64,000 nt of DNA from a virus, in the IMG/VR virus record IMGVR_UViG_3300009081_000009, positions 1 through 64,000 of that record. The stretch is one strand, 5' to 3'. The translations under genes and the position numbers were made by a program. The notes below the pieces were generated by a model. It ran no database searches. It saw only the letters and a list, made by a program, of their open reading frames with translations, and was not told where the DNA came from. Below, one piece after another: positions 45,449 to 56,149 of the stretch (the first letter of the stretch is position 1; each line of letters begins with the position of its first letter).

Positions 45449-48400
45449 ATGGCATTACAATTAAGATTACATGAAGGCAGTCACCAGACGCATGATACAG
45501 AAATCGATCTATATAGGATCTGGTTTGGATTGTATCGTGTTGATTCTGGTACATATTACTTACCCGATTATAGAATTCGTGGATTTTTTAACTGTCATTA
45601 TGGATTATCCGCAATTTCAAGTAATACTGGGTATATCGTAAATAATATACAGCAAACCCAAGGTGTAAATATATCAGTTGTTCCGGGTTATGATGACTGG
45701 TGTAGTGATATTAGACCACCTCGAATAGATAGTAATAAATTTAATACTGAAGTTCAATTTTATTTCCCAAATGGGACTTTAAATGGAACATCTCCAACCG
45801 CTAATCAAGGTGGATTTGATTTAATGGGAGCCATAGGTGGTGGTATTCGATTGGGTAGATATCATGATGTTCAAGAATCATACTCATATCTAAATGCATC
45901 AACTAATGACATAACAAATCCAATGAATTGGATTATGGAACATAGAGATAATACAAAAACTAAATCAATATTATCTATTTCGTCTGTGGGAACATTAGTT
46001 ACTGTAACTACAACCACGTCTCATGGGTATTCAGATGGAGATGCCATTAGAGTAACTGGATTTGGTAATGGATCTCAACGATTATTTGGTAATGCAGGAG
46101 AACGCTATAGTGGTACATTTAAAATAACGGTAACAGGATCTAATACATTCACATATAGAACAAAACATGTAGTAATAGCAGGTACATATAATAATACAGG
46201 AACCTGTGAATTCTGGAACGTTCATGTTTGTGAAGCTCGAATAAGTTCTATACAGGGTAATGGTACTGGCACCATCTCAGTGACAACAACTGACAATCAT
46301 AATTTACAAGCAGATGATATAATTTCTATATCAGGAACCACTAACTATAACGGAACCCAATTAAAAGTATTAACTAGTACATCTACTAGCTATACCTGTA
46401 GTATGCCATCAAATACCAGTAATACATTAGAAACTACTGGATTAACATCATTCTCAACTCGTCCTCCATCGGCAGCAATTCCAGTCAATTATGTTAGTGG
46501 ATACGAACCAAAACAAATGACGGATCACACTACAATAACAGAATTAATATATGCAAATAAAGATACCTATATTGCGGTAGGTGATACTAATGGTCATGGT
46601 GGTTCAACTTCTCTGAATGTTATACAAAACGGTTCTCAGATATCAAAGGCATTATTTAATTTCCCCGTTGATAATGTCGCATTGGCTGATTTATTATTTG
46701 CTGAAATATGTACATATTATAATGGTGGTAGTGATGGAACTGCTCAAATGTCATTATATCAGATGACAACTGATACATGGAATGATTACGATGCATATAA
46801 TACATTAAATCCATTAATTGCGTCTCCATTGGATCAAGTTGGATTTTATCAATTTACTAATGTAGGATCTGGTGAGAATAATACTTATACTAAATTTACA
46901 GTTTCTACTGAGAAAGTATATAATTGGTTAACAGCCGTTCAGTATCCATCAGTTGCATTAGTAAAAACAGCGGTAAATTCAGGTATAACCAACGAATATC
47001 TTAGTTCGGAAGTGGTTGAATACAAACCATATATGGTTATTAGTTCTGGTGTTATATCAGATACAACTAAGCCTACATTAACATTAACCGATACTTTCAT
47101 GTATCTTCCTTGTAATAATATTCAAGGTAATGGAACCGGAAAAGTAACCATCACCACTATAGATGCACATCTATTACAAGCAGGTGATGTAATTCATTTA
47201 TATAACACAACTAATTATGATGCCATTTCTGCAACAGTATTAGGTGGAACTGACGCACCTTCGACATATCAATTTAAAATAAATATAGCAGGAAATACAA
47301 GTACTGCAATAGATATTGCTGGTATTGTTCAACGCACAGGAACGATAAAGATTTCGGCTATTGGGTATGATGATACTGAAATATCTAGTGATTCGGCTGA
47401 TATACAAATAAGAAAGGGATCTTCATTAACAGATATTTCCGAGTATAACGTGATTAAATCATCAGATGGTAGATCTGTAACATTTGATTTCAATTTACTG
47501 GGTATTGATGATGGTTTTTTTGATGTATCTGTTAAAGATAAAGTTGGTAATAAAAGTATAGTTCCATTCCAACCACCTATCATAATGAATTATACAAACT
47601 CATTAAATTCATCCTATGAAGTAGTTAAATCAGGTCATGATATAACAGTGAGTGGATTTAATGTGGATTATTATACTAGTGGATTTAATGCAATCATTGG
47701 TGATTCTGCATTATCTGGTGGTATAGTTTCTGGTGGTACTAATATCACTGTCAATAATTTTAATACAGTAGACAATACATTTACTATTCAGATACCTAGC
47801 AATCTACAAGCTGAATATGCAATTGGTTCTATTGATACGATAGCTGATACTATTACCGTATTAAATGCAGCTCTAAAAATTGGTGATGTGATGTCATTCA
47901 ATTCACTTGGTAATTTTATACAACCACCTCTCAAGGTTGGATTATTATATTTTGTAAAAACTGTAACTCAGGTTGGAACTGATTCTGTAATAACATTATC
48001 AAATAATGTTTTATTGACGGATACCATAAATTTAACAACTGCTGCTTATACTGTTAATATGGTAGCATATAATACAGTTACTCCATTATATGTCATACGT
48101 GATGGATTTAATTCGTATAGTTATTTCAATAGATTATATGTTAGATTGGATGAATATGCACCAAAGATATATATTGAACCTATAATTGGCGTTAATGATG
48201 TAATAAATGTAACAATAAGTGATGCATTTCCTGTTGATCAGAGTACTGTTAATTTTATCAATGGAACGATAAATGGTTCTATTGTTGATGTTAATGGAGA
48301 TGGTCGTGTATTAATATATCCAATAAAAATAACGGCTGCTGGTACTTTTACCGTTCAGGCTGATGATATTATAGGTAATAGTGCATATGCTGATGCATAC

Positions 48401-49921
48401 GTACAGTCACTAATCACACCATTTATAGAAATAACAGGTCATACAATAAATTCAGCAACTTCGGCTGTTATTCATGTTAAAGTAACCGATGGTGATATAT
48501 CACCTATAGTAGCTCCAGATAATGCATCTCGTGGTGTATTCGTAGAAGGTAGTGTTGCTAACAGTACCTATGGAACCATTACCAATTTAGTATCAACCTC
48601 TACTGGTATCACCTTTGATGTTAATGTAAATGGGTTGGGTGATGGTATAATGAAGATATATGCACATGATAATGTTGATGATGTTGATAGCATAATACCT
48701 CCAGTACTTACATCGGTCTCCCCTAATTGTATTAAGGCTGGTGTATATTCTGAAATAACAGGTATTAATTTAAGTCCAGTTGGATATATTCGAACATTTC
48801 TTAATAATAAAATAAGCATATATGAAGCAACCGCAAGTAATATATATCTAAGTGCTATAATTTTAAGTGGTATTTCTGATGGAAATTTACCATTCATTTT
48901 ATCATTAACTAATTCTTCTACATTATTAAGTAATTCCATAGTAAAAACATCAGATAATACATCACCTACTATAAATATAATAGGACTTCCCGTAACAGAA
49001 ACCATTCAGGGTGAGGTATATACCGATCTCGGTGCAACAGCATCAGATACAGTATCTGGTGACGTTACTGATAGCATAATAACCACTGGTGTAGTTGATA
49101 CTACGACATTGGGTAGTTATACTATTACATATACAGCAACTGATGATTGTGGTAATTCAGCAAGTTCAAGTCGAACCGTGAATGTAGTAACTGGATGTCC
49201 TATATACATCTCAGTGTCTCCAAATGTTGGATATGCTGGTGATTTAGTAACTATCACAGCAACGGTAGGACTATTCAATCCAACTGCATTGAGTAACGTG
49301 GTTATGTTTAATGATAAGATTGCTCAAGTGATATCAGGAGATAGAGAACAACTATTAGTTATGATTCCAGAAGGTGCGACAACCGGATATGTTCAAGTGG
49401 AAACTGGGTCTACTAATACAGGATATGAAAGATGTTCATTGAGTAATATTGTTAATTTTACTGTATTATATGACGATCAGACATTTACAACAACTAAATC
49501 CATACTTTCTATATTCAATAGAGGATCTAGTGCCAATGCTATTTATAATAGAGATTTGTCATATTCTGGATTTAGTGAAGTTACTGATGAAAATAGTATG
49601 ATCCAGAATTTATATACAATATTATTGACCAGATTAGGAGAAAGATTTTTTAATAGTAGATTTGGGTCTACTATAGAGGGAAGACTATTTAGTCCTATAA
49701 ATGACTATGATACATTTGAGGCCGATGTAATGAAGGAAATTGATACGTTAATAAAACGTTATGAACCACGTATTATTCTAATAAAGGATCAGTCATTTGT
49801 TGTATTTGATTCTGATTATAATAGTGCTCAAGTTGTCTTATTAATTAGAGTTCCTAGTGGTAATATAAAAACTGTATCATTAACATTTAAAAGTACTCGA
49901 AATGGGGAATCTAACATATGA
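45449..49921 (+). CDS. Large baseplate protein: beta-rich/Ig-like modules with C-terminal gp25-like domain
   Basis: Repeated VTTTxxHxL..GD.I.I.G modules; DUF5011-like YTDLGATASD..GD.T...YTITYTATD; IPT/TIG-like; C-terminal IQNLYTILLTRLGERFF..FGS....LF...YEPRI (gp25/GPW). Confidence 0.75.
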   Translation: MALQLRLHEGSHQTHDTEIDLYRIWFGLYRVDSGTYYLPDYRIRGFFNCHYGLSAISSNTGYIVNNIQQTQGVNISVVPGYDDWCSDIRPPRIDSNKFNTEVQFYFPNGTLNGTSPTANQGGFDLMGAIGGGIRLGRYHDVQESYSYLNASTNDITNPMNWIMEHRDNTKTKSILSISSVGTLVTVTTTTSHGYSDGDAIRVTGFGNGSQRLFGNAGERYSGTFKITVTGSNTFTYRTKHVVIAGTYNNTGTCEFWNVHVCEARISSIQGNGTGTISVTTTDNHNLQADDIISISGTTNYNGTQLKVLTSTSTSYTCSMPSNTSNTLETTGLTSFSTRPPSAAIPVNYVSGYEPKQMTDHTTITELIYANKDTYIAVGDTNGHGGSTSLNVIQNGSQISKALFNFPVDNVALADLLFAEICTYYNGGSDGTAQMSLYQMTTDTWNDYDAYNTLNPLIASPLDQVGFYQFTNVGSGENNTYTKFTVSTEKVYNWLTAVQYPSVALVKTAVNSGITNEYLSSEVVEYKPYMVISSGVISDTTKPTLTLTDTFMYLPCNNIQGNGTGKVTITTIDAHLLQAGDVIHLYNTTNYDAISATVLGGTDAPSTYQFKINIAGNTSTAIDIAGIVQRTGTIKISAIGYDDTEISSDSADIQIRKGSSLTDISEYNVIKSSDGRSVTFDFNLLGIDDGFFDVSVKDKVGNKSIVPFQPPIIMNYTNSLNSSYEVVKSGHDITVSGFNVDYYTSGFNAIIGDSALSGGIVSGGTNITVNNFNTVDNTFTIQIPSNLQAEYAIGSIDTIADTITVLNAALKIGDVMSFNSLGNFIQPPLKVGLLYFVKTVTQVGTDSVITLSNNVLLTDTINLTTAAYTVNMVAYNTVTPLYVIRDGFNSYSYFNRLYVRLDEYAPKIYIEPIIGVNDVINVTISDAFPVDQSTVNFINGTINGSIVDVNGDGRVLIYPIKITAAGTFTVQADDIIGNSAYADAYVQSLITPFIEITGHTINSATSAVIHVKVTDGDISPIVAPDNASRGVFVEGSVANSTYGTITNLVSTSTGITFDVNVNGLGDGIMKIYAHDNVDDVDSIIPPVLTSVSPNCIKAGVYSEITGINLSPVGYIRTFLNNKISIYEATASNIYLSAIILSGISDGNLPFILSLTNSSTLLSNSIVKTSDNTSPTINIIGLPVTETIQGEVYTDLGATASDTVSGDVTDSIITTGVVDTTTLGSYTITYTATDDCGNSASSSRTVNVVTGCPIYISVSPNVGYAGDLVTITATVGLFNPTALSNVVMFNDKIAQVISGDREQLLVMIPEGATTGYVQVETGSTNTGYERCSLSNIVNFTVLYDDQTFTTTKSILSIFNRGSSANAIYNRDLSYSGFSEVTDENSMIQNLYTILLTRLGERFFNSRFGSTIEGRLFSPINDYDTFEADVMKEIDTLIKRYEPRIILIKDQSFVVFDSDYNSAQVVLLIRVPSGNIKTVSLTFKSTRNGESNI

Positions 49922-50832
49922 TAGTTCAACGAATTGATAGTAATACTCAGATCATATATACAAATGATCGAATATCAGATGCAAAAAGTATAGCATCTGA
50001 GCTTGGATATGTAAAAAAAGATGGTGAATACTATAAGACACTAGAATATATGCAAAATACATCCTATTATCCAAAAGGATCATCTCATTCAATTGATTCA
50101 AGTAAATTTGTATATAAGGGTGTATCTACTTATATCATTAATAAGACATATTCCTTTATGATTAATAAAGAAAATCCTCAGTTATTAGTTGATAATTTAA
50201 ATAAATTTGGATCAACCTTTATTATGAAAACTGGTAGTAACCAATTTGAAGGTGATGTTTCATTAGATGCTAGTCGAAATATAAAATTTAGTGATGGTTC
50301 CACCATATCATTAGATGCATCAACTAAATCAGATACAACTAATTTAGATAATTTTATTCATCGTATGTCCATGGATAATGGTAGAATGTTATATCCTGTA
50401 TTAAAAAGATTTATTAATACAGTATTTATGTTTAATGGACATAAATCAATGTTAACTGGATATATCAAATTACGTGATTATTTATATATGATAAAAACTC
50501 CATCAACAGGATTATTTAATGCTGTAAAAGGCACAAATGCAAAATATTCATTAAATATAAATTCCAGTTCTGCTCGTATGTCAGTGGTTGATGTAAATAA
50601 TGGAATTCCTATAATTGAATTATTGATTGATGGAACAATTACTCTAAATACGCAAACTGGTAAATTTGATCCATTCATTTTATTTACAACAAAACCAATT
50701 TCAATGAAAAATCAACAGATGCCTTTTAAGACAGTTCAATATAAGGGAGTAACTATTTTTATAACTCCATTATTATTTAGTAATATAGAAACATTAAGTA
50801 CTCTTAGAGGTGGAATTAATTTATTATCTTAA
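49918..50832 (+). CDS. Hypothetical protein
   Basis: 304 aa, ATGA-coupled to the baseplate gene. Confidence 0.5.
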   Translation: MIVQRIDSNTQIIYTNDRISDAKSIASELGYVKKDGEYYKTLEYMQNTSYYPKGSSHSIDSSKFVYKGVSTYIINKTYSFMINKENPQLLVDNLNKFGSTFIMKTGSNQFEGDVSLDASRNIKFSDGSTISLDASTKSDTTNLDNFIHRMSMDNGRMLYPVLKRFINTVFMFNGHKSMLTGYIKLRDYLYMIKTPSTGLFNAVKGTNAKYSLNINSSSARMSVVDVNNGIPIIELLIDGTITLNTQTGKFDPFILFTTKPISMKNQQMPFKTVQYKGVTIFITPLLFSNIETLSTLRGGINLLS

Positions 50833-50899
50833 TAAATATAAGGTAATCGATATTCAAATAAATTATTTTATAGCTATATAAATAAAAGGAATGTATTAT

Positions 50900-52141
50900 A
50901 TGGCTGCTAAAAAAACATCGAAACCTGCTGTATTACCATCATTCGAATTTTTCCAGACTGTAAAGACTGGTGATAGATTCGCTGACAGTGGTAAGAAACG
51001 CGAAATTAAAACATGGATTGATACGGGATCATACACGCTAAATGCATTGATTTCTGGTGATATGACCAAGGGATTTCCGGGTAATAGAGCTGTTATGTTA
51101 GCTGGTGAACAAGCAGTGGGTAAAACCTTCTTCGCTGTATATGGATTTGCTCGTCCATTGGTTGAAATGGGATACTTTATTTTCTACATTGATACCGAAA
51201 ATGCTCTTACTGATGATACTTTGATTTCTTATGGATTACCAGAAGGCACATTTAAAATAATTTCACAGGATGTTGTCGAAGAGTTGAAGGTTAACTTTGA
51301 TACAATTTTAACTCAGCTAGAAGAAGCCCGTGGTAAGTCACTTGAGAATAAGAATAAGTGCGCATTCGTACTTGACTCTCAGGGTATGTTGGATACATTG
51401 AAGAGTCGTGCTGACATCCAGAAAGAAAATTATGTTAATGATATGACAGCACAAAAGGAATTGAAGAGATTATATCGATCAATTTTGGTAAGAATGGGTG
51501 AATTGGAAATTCCTCTGTTGATTACTAACCACGTTTACGCCAATATTGGTGGTTATGGTGATCCAACTAAGGTAGCTGGTGGTAGTGGTGGCTTATATGC
51601 ATCAACTGTTATTCTTCACATGAGAAAGAAACAGTATAAAGAAGGTGAGATTCGAAAGGGAACTATCATTACTGCGAAAAATATAAAGAGTCGTATATGC
51701 CGTGATGGACTTGAATCATCTGTATATTTAAATTTTGAAAAGGGTTTAAATAAATGGTATGGATTGCATTTATTTGCTGTTGACGCTGACCTTATCGAAA
51801 AATGGAGTGCTAAAGAATTTGATAAAAAAGGTGTTATTGGCCCAGAAAAAGCGGGTAATTCAACATTCTATGTTATCAAAGATCCAAAACTAACTCCTGA
51901 TAAGTGGATTGTTTGCAAAGAAACCGAATTACATAAACAAAGCACGATTGGAACCATATTCAATGAAATAAATGAATATGTGAAAGAAACGTTCAAGCTA
52001 TGTAATCCAGCAGACTTTGATTATGGTGATGATAATCCAGATGAAGAAGAATTGGATATCTTAGAAGATAATCTTAAAGATGCTGATACCGTTGTTACCA
52101 AGGCAAAAAAAGCTGGTAAGTCAATTACATCAGATGAATAA
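50900..52141 (+). CDS. uvsX: UvsX/RecA-like recombinase
   Basis: DTGSYTLNALISG, GEQAVGKT, IDTE, LDS, TNHVY, GGSGGLYAS. Confidence 0.93.
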   Translation: MAAKKTSKPAVLPSFEFFQTVKTGDRFADSGKKREIKTWIDTGSYTLNALISGDMTKGFPGNRAVMLAGEQAVGKTFFAVYGFARPLVEMGYFIFYIDTENALTDDTLISYGLPEGTFKIISQDVVEELKVNFDTILTQLEEARGKSLENKNKCAFVLDSQGMLDTLKSRADIQKENYVNDMTAQKELKRLYRSILVRMGELEIPLLITNHVYANIGGYGDPTKVAGGSGGLYASTVILHMRKKQYKEGEIRKGTIITAKNIKSRICRDGLESSVYLNFEKGLNKWYGLHLFAVDADLIEKWSAKEFDKKGVIGPEKAGNSTFYVIKDPKLTPDKWIVCKETELHKQSTIGTIFNEINEYVKETFKLCNPADFDYGDDNPDEEELDILEDNLKDADTVVTKAKKAGKSITSDE

Positions 52142-52172
52142 TTAAATATTCTATATAAAATTATTTTTTACT

Positions 52173-52203
52173 AAAGTCACGATTCGTATCGTGGCTTTTT
52201 TAT
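52173..52203 (+). terminator. Intrinsic terminator
   Basis: AAAGTCACGA-ttcgta-TCGTGGCTTT followed by a T-run. Confidence 0.75.
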
Positions 52204-52233
52204 TTTTTATGTATATTTAGCATAGGAGTTTTT

Positions 52234-53778
52234 ATGGCAGAAGTTCAAGATCTAACACGCGAAGACTTAGTGTTACGTAAATTTTTTGATGATTCTATAA
52301 TACAGAATAGAATCGTTAGTCATTTGTCATGTGATTTATTTGACGATCCCGATAATAAGAGAATATGTGATTTCATCATTAGGTTTAATAAAAAATTTAA
52401 AAAGTATCCAAGTCCACAAGAATTAATAACTTCTCTACCCCCATGTAGAGAACGCACTAAAATAATATTTATAAATAATGTTAATATTCCTCATATGGAG
52501 AGGGATTTTACTATTGCCATGATTGAAAGTTTCTTCAAAGAGAAGAAAACTGAAATGATTTTAAGTAGTGCAGCCGAATTCATGCATGACGGGCATATAG
52601 ATAATATCAGTGATCTAGTAAAAGATTTACATAATGCTGTTAATTTTTCTCTCAATCTAGATATTGGCTTAAATATGGTTGAAGATGCAAAGGTAGCACT
52701 TGATAGATTGAATAAATCATTGGTTGCAGTTCCTTCAGCATTATCATTCATTCGTCAGGCAACTGCTCCTCCGAATGGCTTTGGTGGGCATTATAGAAAG
52801 GCTCTAGCCGTTTATTATGGTATGCCTAACGTAGGTAAGTCTATCTTATTATGTAACGATGCAGCCTATGCATATCAGGCTGGTTATAATGTTCTATATA
52901 TAACAATGGAAATGGCAGAAGAGCTTATATGGGAAAGAATAGCATCTAATATAAGTAATATAGAACTTGGTGCAATTAGAGGTAGAACCGCAGAAGAGAT
53001 TCAGGCATTATTGATAGGAAATAAATTAGAGGGTGCTGAAAGTGCTGGTACATTATATGTGAAAGCATTACCAACTACAGCAACTGTAAATGATTTTGAA
53101 AATGAAATTATTGAAATCAAGAGAACCAAAGGCATTGATGTTGACTTGTTAGTCGTTGATTATATTGGTATTATGAAACCAGCTAAGAGAGAAGGTTCAT
53201 TTAAAGATCATACTCTATACACTATGATTAAGGAAAGTGCTGAACAGTTGCGTGATTTAGCTAAAGCTAGATGTATTGCGGTTGTTACTGCTTCTCAGTT
53301 GAAACGTGAAGGTTATGAGAATAAAGAAGCTAGTATGAAGGATGTAGCTGGTTCGGTTGGTTTGAATGATACGGCTGATTTTGTTATTACTATTACTCAA
53401 GATCCATTGCTAAAACAATGTGGGTTGTATGCTCATATGATATTAAAAAATAGATTTGGGCAGAATAGTATTCCGGGAATGTCTAGAGTAGATTATACCC
53501 ACATGAGAGTAACCACTGCTACTAATGACGATACTGACAAATATACAGATTTGCAAATGAATCAAACACAATCGATTCCAGAATTTAATGCAAATCGTAT
53601 GGAAGTTGGTGGCTCATCAAAAACACAGATGAAGGATAAAGGTGGATATAGTCCTAGAGTAAATCCAAAGGCTAAGAAATCAACAAAAGAACCAGAACCA
53701 AAGCAAAAAGAAACTCCTGAATTTGATGTCGATAATCAGCCCGATGGATATGTAGACTCATCTGATGTTGTATTTTGA
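52234..53778 (+). CDS. gp41: Replicative helicase (T4 gp41/DnaB family)
   Basis: GMPNVGKS, YITMEM, VVDYIGI, EQLR.LA, TASQLKR, LKNRFG. Confidence 0.93.
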   Translation: MAEVQDLTREDLVLRKFFDDSIIQNRIVSHLSCDLFDDPDNKRICDFIIRFNKKFKKYPSPQELITSLPPCRERTKIIFINNVNIPHMERDFTIAMIESFFKEKKTEMILSSAAEFMHDGHIDNISDLVKDLHNAVNFSLNLDIGLNMVEDAKVALDRLNKSLVAVPSALSFIRQATAPPNGFGGHYRKALAVYYGMPNVGKSILLCNDAAYAYQAGYNVLYITMEMAEELIWERIASNISNIELGAIRGRTAEEIQALLIGNKLEGAESAGTLYVKALPTTATVNDFENEIIEIKRTKGIDVDLLVVDYIGIMKPAKREGSFKDHTLYTMIKESAEQLRDLAKARCIAVVTASQLKREGYENKEASMKDVAGSVGLNDTADFVITITQDPLLKQCGLYAHMILKNRFGQNSIPGMSRVDYTHMRVTTATNDDTDKYTDLQMNQTQSIPEFNANRMEVGGSSKTQMKDKGGYSPRVNPKAKKSTKEPEPKQKETPEFDVDNQPDGYVDSSDVVF

Positions 53779-53838
53779 TGTATTATAATAAAAAATAACC
53801 TATATTATGATATATGTATAATATAGGTTGTTTACTAA

Positions 53839-54156
53839 ATGATTAATTTAGCAAAAGAAATTGAAACCCTCCTTATGACAAAACGATCAGAAGATGATGT
53901 TGTCGCAACATTATCAATGCCTGAACATAAGTTTAAAAAGATTTCTGATAAATTTAATGATGTAATTTTAGAAGTATATAACAATCATAAAAACGATGGT
54001 ATACGAATGCGTGATATTTTGTTATCACTACATACACACTTTGAGATTGAATATATGGTGGAAACATTGTTAAACATAAGAATCAAAGATATAGTAAAAA
54101 CAGAATACTCAACAAATATAGTGAATGCACATGACACGAAAAATAATTCTAAGTAA
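53839..54156 (+). CDS. Possible late-transcription coactivator (gp33-like)
   Basis: 105 aa near gp32; C-terminal LLNIRIKDIVKTEY loosely resembles gp33; weak call. Confidence 0.35.
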   Translation: MINLAKEIETLLMTKRSEDDVVATLSMPEHKFKKISDKFNDVILEVYNNHKNDGIRMRDILLSLHTHFEIEYMVETLLNIRIKDIVKTEYSTNIVNAHDTKNNSK

Positions 54157-54736
54157 GAAAGACACCTACGCTAAATATCAAGAAGTTATGAAAGAACACC
54201 TAAATGAGCCAATGGAATTATCTCATAATGCTCTTGTTGAACGTGCTGGTGGTTCTATAAGTAATTTACCTGTAAAAACTAAAGAATTTGCTGATTGGTT
54301 ACAAGATCAGCGAGAAAGAAATCCATTGATCGGTCGTGATTATATAGAAGCTGCTCCTGAATATAATTCGGAACAAATTAAAATGAACGATGAAAAAGAA
54401 ATATATGGATCTGATGCAAATGAATTAGTAGATAAAGAAGAATCCAAAGCCTTTGATGTTGAAGCTAGTCAATCAATGCTTTCGGATAGATTGGGTGCTG
54501 CTTTAATCGGTGATGATTCGCATGACACTAAATTTATCGATATGGCGATCATATCAAATGCTACAAAGCAGTTACTTACATCGGATGTAGATTCAATTAC
54601 GAGTCATGCTACAGATGAATTAAAGAAGTACCATGGTGATGCTAATTACCAAACTGATATAAATGTAACTGATGTAATAGAGCAAGAACAAATATTATTA
54701 ATAGAAGAACAAAATAATTATAAATTGCTAAAATAA
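54125..54736 (+). CDS. Hypothetical protein
   Basis: 203-aa ORF. Confidence 0.5.
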   Translation: MHMTRKIILSKKDTYAKYQEVMKEHLNEPMELSHNALVERAGGSISNLPVKTKEFADWLQDQRERNPLIGRDYIEAAPEYNSEQIKMNDEKEIYGSDANELVDKEESKAFDVEASQSMLSDRLGAALIGDDSHDTKFIDMAIISNATKQLLTSDVDSITSHATDELKKYHGDANYQTDINVTDVIEQEQILLIEEQNNYKLLK

Positions 54737-54848
54737 TATCTGACAAATCGAGCCAAATAATATATATTTATTATTGTTCACACGTAGAATATTGATTCTA
54801 AATACGGAACATTAATAAATAAAATAAACATGGAACAAGGAGTTCAAT

Positions 54849-55877
54849 ATGTCAGATTTTCTAACGATCACCAACGAAACAGCCCCAGACCTTACCCCAG
54901 CAGGTAAAGGTGGAAACGGTGGAGGCAAGAAGCCAGTAGATCCTCGCTTCTGGAAACCAACAATCAAAAATGAAAAGAAAGAATATCAATCGTATATACG
55001 ATTGTTACCACGTGGCATTAATGGATTGAAAAATCGATTGAATCCAAGTGTTAAGGTTCTTACTCATTATCTTAAATCCGATTCAGCAAAGGTATTTAGA
55101 ACTATTAAATGCCGTAAAACTGCTGGAAGTGAAGAAGTATGCCCAATTTGTGAAGCAGCATGGGCAATCTTTAATGAAGGAAAGAAGCAAAACAATGAAG
55201 ACCTAAAGGACATGGGAAAATCCATGCTTCCAAAGGAAACTCATGTTATTAATATTCTTGTACGTAACGATATACAGAATAAAGATAATAATGGGCAGGT
55301 CAAACTCTGGGAACATACTCAGAAGTTGAATGAAACTTTGTTTGCACCTACAAAGGAAGAAAAGGCAGATCCTAATAAGGTTTCCCTTAAAAAGAAAGAA
55401 ATTTTCTATCCTTATAGTCCAAAGCATGGTCGTGATTTCTTGGTTGTTATGACTGAGAATCCAAAGAATAAATATCCTACATATGATAGCTCAGAATGGG
55501 ATAAGGAATATAGTGATTTGGCTGCTACTGAGGGTGAAATCATGGCTATTCTTGATAAGTGTCATGACTTGACTGAATTTGTAAGTAACATTCCTACGAT
55601 TGAAGAAGCAGCTCAGAAGTACTCCGAATTCAGAGCAGCAGTAGAAACCAAAGAAGCAGCTCAGTTGCTTAATGGTGGTACTGCTAGTGCATCTGTCGCT
55701 TTGAGTGGATCTAGTGCAACTGCATTTAAGAATGTTTCTTCTGGAAATGCTCAAGAGTACTTCCAAGGAGGCTCTGTTCAGAATACAGCAGCACCTAAAT
55801 CGAATCCACTAGAACCAATGGAACCAGTCGCACCATCAATGGAAGATTCTATTGCTGATGATGAACTTCCATTCTAA
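54849..55877 (+). CDS. gp32: Single-stranded DNA-binding protein (T4 gp32 family)
   Basis: DPRFWKP, IRLLP, CPICE, NILV..D, YDSSEW, acidic DDELPF tail. Confidence 0.92.
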   Translation: MSDFLTITNETAPDLTPAGKGGNGGGKKPVDPRFWKPTIKNEKKEYQSYIRLLPRGINGLKNRLNPSVKVLTHYLKSDSAKVFRTIKCRKTAGSEEVCPICEAAWAIFNEGKKQNNEDLKDMGKSMLPKETHVINILVRNDIQNKDNNGQVKLWEHTQKLNETLFAPTKEEKADPNKVSLKKKEIFYPYSPKHGRDFLVVMTENPKNKYPTYDSSEWDKEYSDLAATEGEIMAILDKCHDLTEFVSNIPTIEEAAQKYSEFRAAVETKEAAQLLNGGTASASVALSGSSATAFKNVSSGNAQEYFQGGSVQNTAAPKSNPLEPMEPVAPSMEDSIADDELPF

Positions 55878-55898
55878 TGGATGATTAAAGTATATATT

Positions 55899-55930
55899 TA
55901 AGAGAGATGGAGACATCTCTCTTTTTTATT
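55899..55930 (+). terminator. Intrinsic terminator
   Basis: AAGAGAGATG-gaga-CATCTCTCTT followed by a T-run. Confidence 0.75.
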
Positions 55931-55933
55931 TAT

Positions 55934-56149
55934 ATGAAAAAATACAATGAAATAATAACAAATGCAATAGATACCGAATATACAAGATATAACGGATTAT
56001 CTAATATATTAATTGATCTTGAGTTTACATCATCTATGAGAAGATATGGGAAAACGAAAAATATCACTCGTTTTCGAAATTCTTTACTATATTTAGGGAT
56101 GATAGAAGAAACTTTACAAGCATTAAAAGATGGTACACACAAAATTTGA
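55934..56149 (+). CDS. Small hypothetical protein
   Basis: MKKYNEII...; overlaps the primase start. Confidence 0.4.
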   Translation: MKKYNEIITNAIDTEYTRYNGLSNILIDLEFTSSMRRYGKTKNITRFRNSLLYLGMIEETLQALKDGTHKI

